A DNA stretch of 64,000 nucleotides from Heterodontus francisci (GCF_036365525.1 NW_027141093.1:4340001-4404000); one strand, 5' to 3'; shown: positions 14,986-28,337, counted from the first letter of the stretch. Notes: generated by a model from the sequence alone, not told the origin. Translations and numbers: made by a program.

Positions 14986-15019
14986 AAACTTTCATTCCCT
15001 CCCAGGGATTGTTTTATTC

Positions 15020-15230
15020 TTCAAAAAGAGAAATACTGCAGCCGCTAGAAATCTGAATAACAGAAGATTCTGGAAACACTCAGCAGTTCCAGCAGTAGCT
15101 GCGGAGAGAGGAAGGGAGGAGCAATGTTTCAGGTCTATAGAAGGGTCACAGAACTGGACCATTAACCCGAGCTTCTCTTCTCCACAGTTGTTTCTGGACT
15201 GGCTGAGTGTTTCCAGTATTTTAGCTTTTT
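15020..15230. repeat. Palindromic MER6-like element
   Basis: ctggaaacactcagc (15070-15084) is inverted as gctgagtgtttccag (15202-15216). Confidence 0.7.
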
Positions 15231-16289
15231 TTCTTTCTATATGTTATCTCTTTCCCTTTTGACTGTTTGCTGTGAAACTTTCAGCATTGTGCTCAGTTCT
15301 TTGTGCAGTTCTGTTTTCTTTATTTGAAGTAATGCAAATAGTATCCGGAAAAATCAGACAGAAATACTGCTCAATGTAGTGTAATATATAACAGGGCACA
15401 TTTACAAATATCAGATCAATGTAGTAAACATTTTTATTAAGAATTGATTACTTTTATTTTCAGTATAAAAATGTGAAGCAATATGAGTTTATTACAAAGT
15501 TTATTACCTCACATTACCTGTTTATTAACCCTGACAGACTGTGCCAATTTCTGCTTCTATGTTGCAGTTCTCACTTTCAGCTAGCAAATGTCAGCAATCT
15601 GTGATACAGTACAGATCAGACAGTCAAAACAACATGCAATAATTGTTCAGATTATGTAGGACAGGTGGGATTTAGAAATACTGGGAATGGAGATGAGTTG
15701 TTATTACACTGAGTTTGCCCAAAGATTAGAGACACCATTGTGGCAAATCAGTCTGTTGTCCAGTACATGAGAATGAGAATCATTCTGTATTTGTGGCTAT
15801 CTGTAAGTCTCTATTACTGAGTGGGAGTGTGGGATTCATGCTGCATTGGTCAGTCTCTGGTACAAAGTGTGATATTCACTCTGAATGTATAAGGCTCTGG
15901 AACTGTTTGTGTGTGTGGAATTCATTCTGTATCTGTCAATCTCTGGTACTATATGTGAATGTGGCATATATGTTATAGCTCTCAGTGTCACTGTATGTGT
16001 GTGTGGGTTTCATTTTGATATCTGTCAGTCTCTGTTTCTGTACACGACTGTCAGATTCATACTGTGCCAAAATGTCCCTGATGCTGTATGTGACTGTGTG
16101 ATTCATTCTGTATCTGTCATTCCCTGGTACTATGTGTCAGTATAGACTCATTCTGTATCCCAGTCACATGCACTCTATTTGAGAGTGCGATTAATTCTGC
16201 ACCTTTAAGTCACTGGTATTATATGTAAGTGTTGGATTTCTGTTGGATCTCTCAGTTATTGTTTCTGTTGTGAATTTGGGATGGACATA

Positions 16290-16965
16290 ACATCTGTCAG
16301 TCTCTGGTACTGCCTGTGAGTGTGTGTTTTGTTCAGTATCTGTCAGTCTCAGGTACTGTCCGCGTGTGTACTTTTTGTTCAATATTTTCAGTTTCTGGTA
16401 CTGCCTGTGAGTGTAGGTTATGTTCAATGTCTGTCAGTCTCTGGCACTGCCTGTGAGTGTAGGTTATGTTCAGTATCTGTCAGTCTCTGGTACTTCCTGT
16501 GAGTGTGGGTTTTGTTCAGTATCTGTTAGTCTCTGGTACTTCCTGTGAGTGTGGGTTTTGTTCAGTATCTGTCAGTCTCTGGCACTGCCTGTGAGTGTAG
16601 GTTATGTTCAATGTCTGTCAGTCTCTGGCACTGCCTATGAGTGTAGGTTATGTTCAGTATCTGTCAGTCTCTGGTACTGCCTGTGAGTGTTGGTTTTGTT
16701 CAGTATCTGTCAGTCTCTGGTACTTCCTGTGAGTGTGGGTTTTGTTCAGTATCTGTCAGTCTCTGGTACTGCCTGTGAGTGTGGGTTTTGTTCAGTATCT
16801 GTCAGTCTCTGTTATTTCCTGTGAGTGTGAGTTTTGTTCAGCATCTGTCAGTCTCTGGTACTGCCTGTGAGTGTGGGTTTTGTTCAGTATCTGTCAGTCT
16901 CTGGTACTGCCTGTGAGTGTGAGTTTTGTTCAGTATCTGTCAGTCTCTGGTACTGCCTGTGTGTG
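16290..16965. repeat. 46-bp minisatellite, about 15 copies
   Basis: Unit gtctctggtactgcctgtgagtgtgggttttgttcagtatctgtca; degenerate copies extend from ~15770. Confidence 0.92.
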
Positions 16966-17974
16966 GGATGCATTCAGTAGCCATTAATCTCTGGGTTAGT
17001 TTGTCATTCTGGATTCACTCTACACAGAATTACATAGTATTTACAGCACAGTGACAGGCTTTTCTGCCCAAGTGCTGGTAGTTCCAATGAGGTTACTCCA
17101 ACCCTACTTCATCTAATCCTATCAGCAAATCTCTCAAATTGTTTCTGCCTCATTTAATCATTTAGCTTGACGTTAAATGTAACACTGTTCAGTAGCTCAA
17201 GTGCTGTCAAAGCAGGGTAAAGAAGATTCCCCTGAGTTATTTATTTAATTTATTACTGACTATTTCATATCGACAGCTTTGGACTCCACCACAAGTGGGA
17301 AACATCTCTACCTCTACCCTAACAAAACCCTTCATATTATTCAATGCTTCCATTAGGTGACCACTCAGAGAAAAGAGCCCAGGCTTGTTCAATAGTTTGA
17401 ACTCCTGTGGAACATATAGTTCGGTTTGCATTTATGGAATAAATACTGTATCTCAGTCTGAAACTGTATGTGATTTTAGATTGGCATATAATGTGTAGCT
17501 CAGGCTGCAACAAATAACTGAGACAATATCTGTCACTCGAAGACTATAGTTTTGTGGAGTGCTATGTTATCTGTCATTCAGTCTGTTCTGATAGAATATA
17601 TAATGATACCTTTAAGTCTGAGGCAATGGGGGGTCAGGTACAGGGTCCGGGGGTGCCCAATTGGGGCGGTTGGAGCTTTGAGGGTGGCCCTCCATGGGGA
17701 TCAGGGTGCCTAATCAGGAGGACCCCCACCCCCCCCCCGCAACCCGCAAGAAAGACGCCTGGTTTTATCAGGCAGGGTTCTTGGTGCCTTTGCCACACTG
17801 CCTCCCCGCCCCCAACCCAACCGAGGATAAAATACCTGCAGCAGAGAGAGGAGGCCCATAAGTGGCTGTTAATTGGCCAATTAAGGGCCTTGATTGGCCT
17901 GGGGCAGACAGGCTGTTTCTCCCCACCGCCGTTCCATGTAATATTGCAGTGGGTGTGGGAGGGGGTCAGAAAAT

Positions 17975-19402
17975 TTCCATCATATTGGAAGTTGGCAAAT
18001 GTTACACTGCTTTTCAGGAAAGGAGGGAGAGAGAAAACTGTGCACTACAGGCCAGTTAGCCTAACATCAGTCATTGGGAAAATGCAGGAAGTCTGAACAA
18101 TGCACTGAGAAAAGCATTCAAACAAGTCAACATGATTTTCCTGAAGGGAAATCTTGTTTGACAAATTTATGAGAGTTTTTTGTGGATGTAACTAGCAGGG
18201 TAAAGGGAAACGAGTCGTATTCCTGGATTTCCAAAAGGCATTCAATAAGGTGCTACATAAAAGGTTACTAGAGAAGATAAGGGACTCATGGAATTGTGGG
18301 TAATATATTAGCATGGACAGAGGATTGGTTAATGGACAGGAAGCAAAGAGTGGGTATAAACAGATTGGCAGGCAGTGAATAATTTAGTGTCGCAAGGATA
18401 AGTGTTGGGGTCTCAGCTATTTACAATCTAAATTAATGACTTAGATGAAGAGACAGAGAGTAATGTATCTAAGTTTGCTGATGATACAAAGGCAGGTGGA
18501 AAGGGAAGCTGTGGGAGGACATAGAGAGGCTGCAAAGAGATATAGACAAGTTCAGTGAGTGGGCAAGAAGATGGTAGATGGAGCATAATGTAGGGAAGTG
18601 TGAAGTTCTTCACTTTGGTCATAAGAATAGAAAAGTAGAATATTTGATAAAAGGTGTGAAACTTGTAACTGTTGGTGTTCAAAGAGACTTGGGTGTACTT
18701 GTGCAAGTAATACAGAAAGCTAGCATGCAGGTACAACAAGCAATTAGGAAGGCAAATGGCGTGTTGGCCTTTATTGCGAGGGGATTAGAATACAGGAATA
18801 AAGAAGTGAGTTACAATTGTACAGGATTTCGGTGAGACCACATCTGGAATACAGTGTGAAGATTTGGTCTGCACACTTAAGAAAGGATATATGTGCATTG
18901 GAGGCGGTGCAGCAAATGTTCACTAAATTAGTCCCTGGGATGAGGGGATTGTCCTGTGATGAGAGGCTGAGTAAATTGGGCCTATACTCTCGAGTTTAGA
19001 AGAATGAGAGGTGATTTCATTGAAACATACAAAATTCCGAAAGGGCTGGATAGGGGAGACACTGAGAGATTGTTTCTGCTGGTCAGAGAATCTAAAACAT
19101 GGGGACACAGTGCCACGATAAGGGCCTGATCATTTAGGACTGATATGGGGAGAAATTACTTCACTCAAAGGGTTGTGAATCTTTGGAATTATGTACTCCA
19201 GAGGATTGTGGATGCTCCATCATTGAATACATGTAAAGCTGCAAAAGACAGATTTTTGATCTCTCAGAGAATCAGGGGATAAGGCGAGCAGGCGGGAAAG
19301 TGGAATTGAAGCCTAAGATCATCCACGGTGGTACTGAATGGCGGAGCAGGCTCCACGGGCCACATGATCTAACCCTGCTCCCATTTTGTGTGTTTTTATG
19401 TT
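17975..19402 (+). mobile_element. CR1/HER1-type LINE RT fragment
   Basis: WKLANVTLLFRKGGREK..YRPVSLTSVIGK; MEHNVGKCEVLHFG; VRPHLEYSV. Confidence 0.85.
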
Positions 19403-21789
19403 CTGACCAGTTCTGCTGTCGGTGATTGTGGAATTGATGTCTCTGCTCTCTGTGAGTGATACTGTACTTACTGTGTGTGAGGGGCTGGCTGCACTTCCTC
19501 TTGTGTCGAGGAATCACCACATTTATTCAGCTTCCTCAAGTATTGCCTGTAGAAAGAAAAAGTATTTATTATCATTCAGGAAGAGATGTGGTGGAAGTTA
19601 CAAGAGAGACCAAAGCAATTTTTCAATGAATAATCATTGTGAACAATCACAAAGGAAACCCAGCAATACAAACAGAATCAGTGTCTGATTCCACTGCAGT
19701 CCTGCAGCCCCCAGCTACTGCATACCAGGGGCTTTGGCCATTTTACAACAATTAAATAACATCCAGAAACAATCCACTGGGCCATGAATGGGACTGACCG
19801 ACGGAACAGGGACTTTTACGCAGGTCGGATTTCCAGTTCCCGCTCCCATGGTCTAACCGTTCAAGTGAAACCAAACAGCCACTGTTTAAAATGTGTCCTT
19901 CACACTTCTCACCTAGTGCCGATAATAGATTCCCTTTGTGTAACTCCCCACATCCTGACTGTCTGCTTCTGTTTCCACACTTCACTGTCCAATAACAAGA
20001 AACTGTGGGAACAGGCTATATCCCTCTCATTCCGCTGGCGCGGACATGATGGGCCGAATGGACTCATTCTGTGCCGGAAGTTTTCCACGTTTCTGGCTGA
20101 AGTGTTGCAGAAATCTGGGCCTGCGCTCCCCTCCCCCAGCACTACCTGTGAGCGGAAGAAGATGGTTTAAAACAGCCGCGAATGGAGAGATCCCGGTCCC
20201 GGGGCAAGGCAGCAAACAGCAGCCTCCTTCCAGCAGCACATCGCTTTGGGAGCGTGTCCGCAGATAGACTCAGAGATCAGCATCGAGTCTGGGGAAAGTT
20301 CAGGGGGAGGCGGGGGCTGTTTGTAAGAGGCGGAGTGGATCTGGAACTGGTCTCGGACCATGGAGTGAGTGGAGAGGCCATTCTCCGGTTGTGTGTGGAC
20401 AAGGGGATGGAGACAGAATGGGAAGAAACTTATTGTAGTGGAGTGAAACACTGACAATATTTGTGTTGCGGTGGTTCTTTTGCGGGTATCAATAATGATT
20501 ATTATTTGAGAGATTAAATTCATTAAAACTCTATATCTTTGATCTCACCTGTATTTTAGTTACAAACATACTTTTGTTCAAACAGGCAAATGATTGAATG
20601 AACCAGAATAAATGTGATGTTTCCTCCACCCAAGTTACATGGAAGAGTGCCACCAGCTCCTTCTCACACACAATACGTACATTATCACTCACAGAGCGCA
20701 GAGACACAGTCTCAGACAGCAGAAATCGTTCCAGAGACACATTTTCAATCCATCAATCAAATAGAGCAGGAAAGACAGACGTTGTTTCCATGTCACCCCA
20801 ACTCATAACCACTGACAGGTAGATACATAAATCCCAGTCCAACCTCTCACCCACAATCAAATTATCAGTGTGTCAATGCCACAATAGTACAACCTCAGCT
20901 ACAAATTAAACACACAGAGAACTGACACGTGGTTCCTGTTTCAAAGTTACAGAATTAACCTCAATAATGTACTCTGAGATTCAAGTTAAATACCAGCCCA
21001 ATATTTACACAGGTTTTGAGTTTATTATCAGTATTAATTCCCATCATGTTTCCAGACATAAACATTAGACTCAAGTCCATAATCAGATTGAGAGATTCTG
21101 AAATATCATATAACCTGAGATCCAAACTCAGATTCCAGTTTAAAACTCATCCGGATTGTGAAACTAAAAGATACATTATAAATTTGATCAGTATAATCTG
21201 ACCTATAAATTACATAGCAGTCCTGAAACCTCATAGTGTCAGATGGAAGATACTGTACAATTCCAGACTGAGCTCATTTTACATGCAAGTCCAAGATACT
21301 CACTCAGACTGAATGGCACTGATCAAATTGATTAGTACAGCCTGAGTTACACTTGCACATCAATCCTGTATCAGATTGTAGGATACATTATCTTTCACTA
21401 TTGTGTTCACAGTGACAAATATTTAATACTAACCAAAACCTCAAATATATTGTCTGCTTAAAACTTACCACATCAGTGGCCTGTTGCTGTGCTGACATTT
21501 TATGGAGAATAAATCCAGACTTGCCATCAGTCCCAGGGACGGAAGATTATATAATGAATCCCACACTCACACAGAGTACCAGATACTGACAGATAGAGAG
21601 TGATGCTGAAACACATGCTCAGTGCCAGATGCTGAAAGATATAGGTTGATTACTGCACTCACTCACAGTACTTCAGCCTGAGTCATCTAAAGCAACCTAA
21701 CACAAAAAATAGCAGTGAGAGAGTAAGAAAGAGTCCAAAACTCAGATAGAGTACCAGACACTGATAGATACAAACTGAAAACTAAACAC

Positions 21790-22865
21790 ACATGGATATA
21801 GGATTGGCTAACTCACAGGAAACAGAGAGTGGGGATAAATGGGGCATTTTCAGATTGGCAAACTGTAACTAATGGAGTGTCACTGGGACCAGTGCTGGTG
21901 CCTGAACTATTTATGATCTATATTAATAATTGCATGAAGGGACTGAGTGTACTGTTGCCAAATTTATGGATGGTACAAAGATAGGTAGGAAAGAAAGTTG
22001 TGAGGAGGACATAAAGTGTCTGCAAAGAGATATAGATAGGTTAAGTCAGTGGGCAAATGTTTGGCAGATGGAGTATAATATAGGAAAATGTGAGATTGCC
22101 GACTTTGGCAGGAAGAATAGAAAAACAGAATATTACTTACATAGAGACAGACTGCAGAATGCTGCTGTACAGAGGGATCTGGGTGCCAGGTACATGAATT
22201 ACAGAAAAGTTAGCATGAAGGTATCGCAAGTAATTAGGAATGCAAATGGAATGTTGGCATTTTTAGCAAGGGGAATGGAGTATAAAAGTAGGGAAGTTTT
22301 GCTGTAACTGTACAGGGCATTAGTGGCATCCCAACTAAAGTACTCCATACAGTTTTGGTCTCCTTACTTAAGGAGGGATATACTTGTATTGGAATCAGTT
22401 CAAGGAATGTTCACTAGGCTGATTCCTGGGATGAAGGGTTGACTTGTGAGAAAAAGTTGAGCAGATTGGGCCTCTACCCGCTGGAGTTTAGAAGATTGAG
22501 AGGTGATCTTATTGAAACCTATAAGATTCTCAGTGGGCTGGACAGGTAGATGCTGGGAAGATGTTTCTCCTTGTGGGGGAATGTAGAATTATGGGCCACA
22601 GTTTCAAGATAAGTGGTCTCCCATTCAAGAAAGAGATGAGGAGGAATTTCCTCTGTCAGAGGGTTGCTCATCTTTGGAATTCTGTTCTCCAGAGGACTGT
22701 GGAGGCTGGGTCATTGAATATATTCAAGGCTGTGATAGACAGATTTTTTGATGTACAAGGGAGTCATTGGTCAATGGGCACAGGCAGGAAAGTGGAATTA
22801 AGGCCTCAATCAGAACAGGCATGATCTTATTGAATGGCAGAGCAGGATTTATGGGCCACATGGCC
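21790..22865 (+). mobile_element. CR1/HER1-type LINE fragment (duplicated at 31515-32620 and 56655-57755 on minus)
   Basis: VAKFMDGTKIG..LQRDIDRLSQWANVWQMEYN. Confidence 0.85.
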
Positions 22866-24190
22866 TTCTGGAAGCGATCCTGAGTGTCATTGTCGATATC
22901 TGCCCTTGGTGACAGGAGGTTCCCAAGGTATGAGCAGTGATCCACATTGTCCAGTGATTCGCCGTGGATCTTAATAGTCGGGGGCAGTGTCGGGGAGCAG
23001 GCTGGCAGAGGACCTTAGCTTTCCGGATGTTTTGCTTCAAGCCAATTCTTTCATACGCCTCCATGAATGCATCGATGAGGGTTTGAAGCTTGGCCTCTGA
23101 GTGTGCGCATATGCAAGCATTGTCAGCATACTGCAGCCCGATGACAGATGTTGGAGTGGCCTTGCTTCAGGACTGCAGGAAATGTAGTTTCAATAGTTTC
23201 CCACTTGTCCTGTAGAGTAGATCTGCTTACACGAACTAAAGAACAGCTGATGGGCTGAAAGAGTGCAGGAAATACAGCAACTTGCTGACAGCCACGACAT
23301 GTGTGGATTCTTCAGCACCATCAAGACCATTTATGGCCCAAATTATCAAGGACCTACCCTACTGAGAGTAAAGAATGGAGTGACACTGATCAAGGTCAGA
23401 GAGGCAGTCATCACTCGTTGGAAGTAGCACTTTTAAGATCTTCTCAATCGCAACTCAGTCCTTGATGCAAGTGCCACATTCCACAGCATGTTACCTACCA
23501 TGACGTCAGCACAATCCCAGCCCAACAGAAATTGAAAAGGCAATCTAACAGGTTAAAAAAAATGAAGACCACCGGCATAGATGGAATTCCCTCTGAAAAT
23601 CTAAAATACGACAGAGAAGAACACTTAACACAAATACATGGTCTCAGTTTCCTCAGCTGGAAGGACGAGAGCATGCCAGAGATCTCTGAGATGCCGTCAT
23701 TGTGATCATCACCAAAAATGGTGACAAGACCGACTGTGGTAATGACAGAGGGGTATCCCAGCTGTTCACTACAGGGAAGGTCATCATAAGAGTCCTTCTC
23801 AACTGTCTCCTCCCCGTGGCTGAAGATCTCCTACTGGAATCACAATGTGGATTCTGTCCATCAAGAGACACAGTGGACATGATCTTCACAGCAAGACAAC
23901 GCCAAGAAAATGTAGGGAGCAGCAGCAACCTTTCTACCTGGTCTTCTCTGACCTGACAAAGGCCTTCAACTCTACCAACCAGGAGGGATTATGGAACGTC
24001 CTCCTCAAATGTGGCTGCCGGAAAAATTCGTCACCTACCTCCAACAACTGCATGATGACATGCAAGCTGTAATCCTTCCCAACGGACCTACCACTGACCC
24101 AATCCCAATGCAAACTGGGGTCAACTAAGTCTGTGTCATCGCACCAACGCTCTTTTCCATCTTTCTCACCGCAACACTCCACCTCAACTC
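22866..24190. mobile_element. RTE-clade LINE with internal inversion (mirror of 28483-29810)
   Basis: DKTDCGNDRGVS..ESQCGF; DLTKAFN on plus, downstream RT on minus. Confidence 0.8.
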
Positions 24191-24271
24191 CTCACACTCA
24201 AACACAGCAACAGAGACTGACAGATACAGAATGGATGTCATACTCAAACACAGTACCAGAGTCTGACAGAT

Positions 24272-24562
24272 ACAGTGGTGCAGTGGTTAGCACTGCAGTC
24301 TCACAGTTCCAGGGACCCGGGTTCGATTCTGGGTACTGCCTGTGCGGAGTTAGCAAGTTCTCCCTGTGACCGCGTGGGTTTTCGCCGGGTGCTCTGGTTT
24401 CCTCCCACCGCCAAAGACTTGCAGGTAAATTGGTCATTGTAAATTGCCGCGAGTGTAGGTTGGGATTACTGCAGGGTTAGTATAAATAGGTGGTTGTTGG
24501 TAGGCACAGACTCGGTGGGCCGAAGGGCCTGTTTCAGTGCTGTGTCACGAAATAAATAAATA
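24272..24562 (+). mobile_element. HE1/V-SINE-type tRNA-derived SINE
   Basis: Box A/B head (gtggtgcagtggttagc; ggttcgattc), V-domain gcgtgggttt..ggtttcctcccac, LINE-like tail gggccgaagggcctgtttc, (aaat)n. Confidence 0.85.
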
Positions 24563-24819
24563 CGGAATAAATCCACACAGCACCAGAGACTGAGAACTGC
24601 TGAACGACAGAACACACTCAAACACAGGAGCAGAGAATAAAAGAAATGGAATTAATTGCACACTCACATGCAAAAGCAACGACACAGAATCATCAATAAG
24701 CGTGCTCTCAACAACATGCAGAACATTTCCAGAGAGCTTGACACAGGGAGCGGCTCTTTCAATGTAAACTGCAGCTGGAGAGAGTCTTTGTGAAACATAC
24801 TTCCTGATTGCAGTACGAA

Positions 24820-24975
24820 TGTTTGTGATTGGCTGCAAAGTTTGAATGTGATTGGATGGTGAAGGACACCAATTATAGTATTGCAATATAAAACCATTGT
24901 GACATCACTCCTAATCACAATCTTTACTTTCCCCCATCCCTCATTAGCATAGAGCTGTGGGATTGTCTATTTAAT
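24820..24975 (+). promoter_or_regulatory. H2B promoter: CCAAT boxes, octamer-like ATTAGCAT (24943-24950), TATA-like TATTTAA (24968-24974)
   Basis: Similar arrangement upstream of all four H2B copies; octamer next to TATA is the known vertebrate H2B promoter layout. Confidence 0.75.
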
Positions 24976-25027
24976 CCGCACTCGGAAGGGGTTTGGTTTA
25001 TTTCTGTGCATGAAATTGAAACTGAAG

Positions 25028-25405
25028 ATGGTTGAGGAGAATAAGAAAGCAGCTGCTAAGAAGGGCGCCAAGAAAACTGTGAGTAAACCGTCAGCAAAGG
25101 GCGGCAAGAGGCGGAGCAAGTCGAGGAAGGAGAGTTACTCCATCGAAATCTACAAAGTGATGAAGCAGGTTCACCCCGACACCGGTATCTCCTCCAAGGC
25201 CATGAGTATCATGAACTCGTTTGTGAACGATATTTTCGAGCGCATCGCGGGTGAGGCTTCCCGCCTGGCCCATTACAACAAGTGCAGCACCATCAGCTCC
25301 CGGGAGATCCAGACCGCCGTGCGCCTGCTGCTGCCCGGGGAGCTGGCCAAGCACGTCGTGTCAGAAGGGACTAAAGCGGTGACCAAGTACACCAGCTCCA
25401 AGTAA
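25028..25405 (+). CDS. H2B: Histone H2B, open frame with core substitutions (SIEIY, NKCST, KHVV)
   Basis: 125-aa H2B ending TKYTSSK; stem-loop GGCTCTTTTAAGAGCC at 25443-25458. Confidence 0.85.
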   Translation: MVEENKKAAAKKGAKKTVSKPSAKGGKRRSKSRKESYSIEIYKVMKQVHPDTGISSKAMSIMNSFVNDIFERIAGEASRLAHYNKCSTISSREIQTAVRLLLPGELAKHVVSEGTKAVTKYTSSK

Positions 25406-26262
25406 AACTGCACAATGGACTGAAAAACATTCCAAACACAACGGCTCTTTTAAGAGCCACCCACAATCTCTCTGAAAAAGCTACATCATCTCCCTGGTTT
25501 TGATTTGTTTTGTTTTTTTATACGAAGAGTCTGGAATTTTCTAATTGCCTTTCTGATCTTTTTTAACCCCATGGATTCTGGGTGATTCAGTTTCACTGTC
25601 TGAGATCTTTGTGTCTCTACTTAATAATGCCGCGTAAATTAATTACTGATCACTGAGCCCATGTGCGCTTTGATCTCGGACTATTCTCCATCCTTTTTGA
25701 AACAGTCTGTAAGCGGCGGCAGAAAGTCTCATTCACAGCATTCTGGAAGCGGATACATTTCAGATCAATCTTTGTCAAGATACCGCATCACTGATTCTAG
25801 ATTGAACCTATTTGTGGGAGACAAAAGCGGAGAGAAGTGTTTTACTGTCAGGAGTTGAAATGAGAGACTGAGGTTTCCTGCAACAGCAGGGTTTCTAGAA
25901 AATGTACTTATTATTGAGGCCGAGCTTGAACAAGGGAAACAAGTGTCTGAGAACTGATCTGTCAGCTTATTGACGAAATAGTACAATAGCGAAAATGAAC
26001 GCGCACATGGGGTCAGTGATCAGTAATTAATTTACACGGCATTATTAAGTAGAGACACAAAGATCTCAACAGTGAAAGTGAATCACCCAGACTCCATGGG
26101 GTTAAAACAGATATCACAAAGGCAATTAGAAAGTTCCAGACCCTTTGTATAAAAAAAAAAATTGATACCATCGGGATGATGTTGTAGCTTTTTCAGAGAG
26201 ATTGTGGGTGGCTCTTAAAAGAGCCGTTGTGTTTGGGATGTTTTTCAGTCCATTGTGCAGTT

Positions 26263-26640
26263 TTACTTGGAGCTGGTGTACTTGGTCACCACCTTTGTCC
26301 CTTCCGACACGTCGTGCTTGGCCAGCTCCCCGGGCAGCAGCAGGTGTACGGCGGTCTGGATCTCCCGGGAGCTGATGGTGCTGCGCTTGTTGTAATGGGC
26401 CAGGCGGGAAGCCTCACCCGCGATGCGCCCGAAAATATCGTTCACAAACGAGTTCATGATGCTCATGGCCTTGGAGGAGATACCGGTGTCGGGGTGAACC
26501 TGCTTCATCACTTTGTAGATGTAGATGGAGTAACTCTCCTTCCTCGACTTTCTCCGCCTCTTGCCGCCCTTTGCTGACGGTTTACTCACAGTTTTCTTGG
26601 CGCCCTTCTTAGCAGCTGCTTTCTTCTTCTCCTCAACCAT
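26263..26640 (-). CDS. H2B: Histone H2B, open frame with core substitutions (IFGR, AVHL, KHDV, TKVV)
   Basis: 125-aa H2B; stem-loop at 26210-26225. Confidence 0.85.
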   Translation of the reverse strand: MVEEKKKAAAKKGAKKTVSKPSAKGGKRRRKSRKESYSIYIYKVMKQVHPDTGISSKAMSIMNSFVNDIFGRIAGEASRLAHYNKRSTISSREIQTAVHLLLPGELAKHDVSEGTKVVTKYTSSK

Positions 26641-27103
26641 CTTCAGATCCAATTGCAGACACAGAAATAAACCAAACCCCTTCCGAGTGCGGATTAAATA
26701 GACAATCCCACAGCTCTATGCTAATGAGGGATGGGGGAAAGTATAGATTGTGATTGGGTGATTGGGAGTGATGTCACAACGGTTTTATATTGTAATTCTC
26801 TAATTGGTGTCTTCCGCCATCCAATCAGAATAAATATTTGCAACCAATCACAAACACCCTTACTGCAATCCGTAAGTATATTTCACAAAGACTCTCTCCA
26901 GTCCCAGTTTATAGTAAAACAGCCGCTCCCTGTGAAAAGATCCCTGGAAATGTCCTGGCTGTTGTTGGGAGGACACTTTTTGACTGATTCTGTGTCGTTG
27001 TGTCTCTGCTATTGCATGTGAGTGTGCAATTAATTCCGTTAATTTTACTCTCTGCTACTGTGTTTGAGTGTTTTAAGTAATTTGGTAGCTCTCAGTCTCT
27101 GGT

Positions 27104-28337
27104 TCCGTGTCAGTGCGCCATTTTCCCACACTCTCTTGGCCAGTCAGGACATACCAGTGGAAGCCTTTCCCATGCACTTGTTGACTTTTGCATCGGGAGA
27201 CTGGTTACTGGTGATAGTTGAGCCTGGATAGGTAAACTCTTGAACCACTTCCAGAGCGTGTTCGCCCATATTGATGGATGGAGTATTTATAATGTCCTGT
27301 CCCATGATGTTCGTTTTCTTGAGGCTGATGGTGAGGCCAAATTCGTTGCAGGCAGCCGCAATGCTGTCAGTGAGTCTCTGCAGGCACTCTTCAGTGTGGG
27401 ATGTTAATGCAGCATCGTCAGCAAAGAGGAGTTCCCTGATGCGGACTTTCTGTACTTTGCTCTTCGCTCTCAGACGGGCAAGGTTGAACAAACTGCCATC
27501 TGATCTTGTGTGGAGGAAAATTCCTTCTTCTGAAGACTTGAACGCATGTGAGAGCAGCAGGGAGAAGAAGATCCCAAACAGTGTAGGTGCGAGAACACTG
27601 CTATGTCCAGACTGGCCAAGTGAGTGTGGGGAAATGGCACACTGACACGGAACACAAAAGTCCAAGTTATTAAAGCCTGTGTCCTCAGTACTTTGCTCTA
27701 CGGCAGCGAGGCCTGGACAACGTATGTCAGCCAAGAGCGACGTCTCAATACATTCCATCTTTGCTGCCTCTGGAGAATCCTTGGCATCAGGTGGCAGGAC
27801 CGTATCTCCAACACAGAAGTCCTTGAGGCGGACAACATCCCCAGCATATACACCCTACGGAGCCAGCGGCGCTTGAGATGGCTTGGCCATGTGAGCCGCA
27901 TGGAAGATGGCAGGATCCCCAAGGACACATTGTACAGCAACCTCGTCACTGGTATCAGAACCACCGACCATCCATGTCTCTGCTTTAAAGTCGTTTGCAA
28001 ACACGACATGAAGTCCTGTGACATTGATCACAAGTCATGGGAGTCAGTTGCCAGTGTTCGCCAGAGCTGGCGGACAGCAATAAATGCGGAGCTAAAGTGT
28101 GGTGAGTCGAAGAGACTTAGCAGTTGGCAGGAAAAAAGACAGAAGCTCAAGGGGAGAGACAACTGTGTAACAGCCCCGACAACCAATTTTATCTGCAGCA
28201 CCTGTGGAAGAGTCTGTCGCTCCAGAATTTGCCTTAATAGCCATTCCAGACGTTGCTTCACAAACCACTGACAAGCTCCAGGCGCTTACCCATTGTCTTT
28301 CGAGACAAGGAAGCCAAAGAAGAAGAAGAAGAAAGGA
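27104..28337 (+). mobile_element. RTE-clade LINE, 5'-inverted, with TSD
   Basis: LLFADDAAL on minus; VLSTLLYGSEAWT..RWLGHVSRM..CSTCGRVC..H on plus; (GAA)n tail; TSD agtctcYggt at 27094-27103 and 28338-28347. Confidence 0.9.

Larger units (their letters stand above)
19402..25668. repeat. Left arm of a large inverted segmental duplication
   Basis: Reverse-complement colinear with 26002-35044 (H2B, RTE, CR1 and GC core in mirror order). Confidence 0.88.

Noticed and set aside
16290-16965. CRISPR-like array
   Set aside because: Head-to-tail 46-bp units without unique spacers, in a eukaryotic context with no cas genes.
17554-18096. 180-aa ORF
   Set aside because: Chimera of a GC-rich repeat fragment and CR1 RT sequence with a non-ATG start.
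24272-24335. tRNA gene
   Set aside because: It is the tRNA-derived head of a SINE and runs on into the V-domain and LINE tail.
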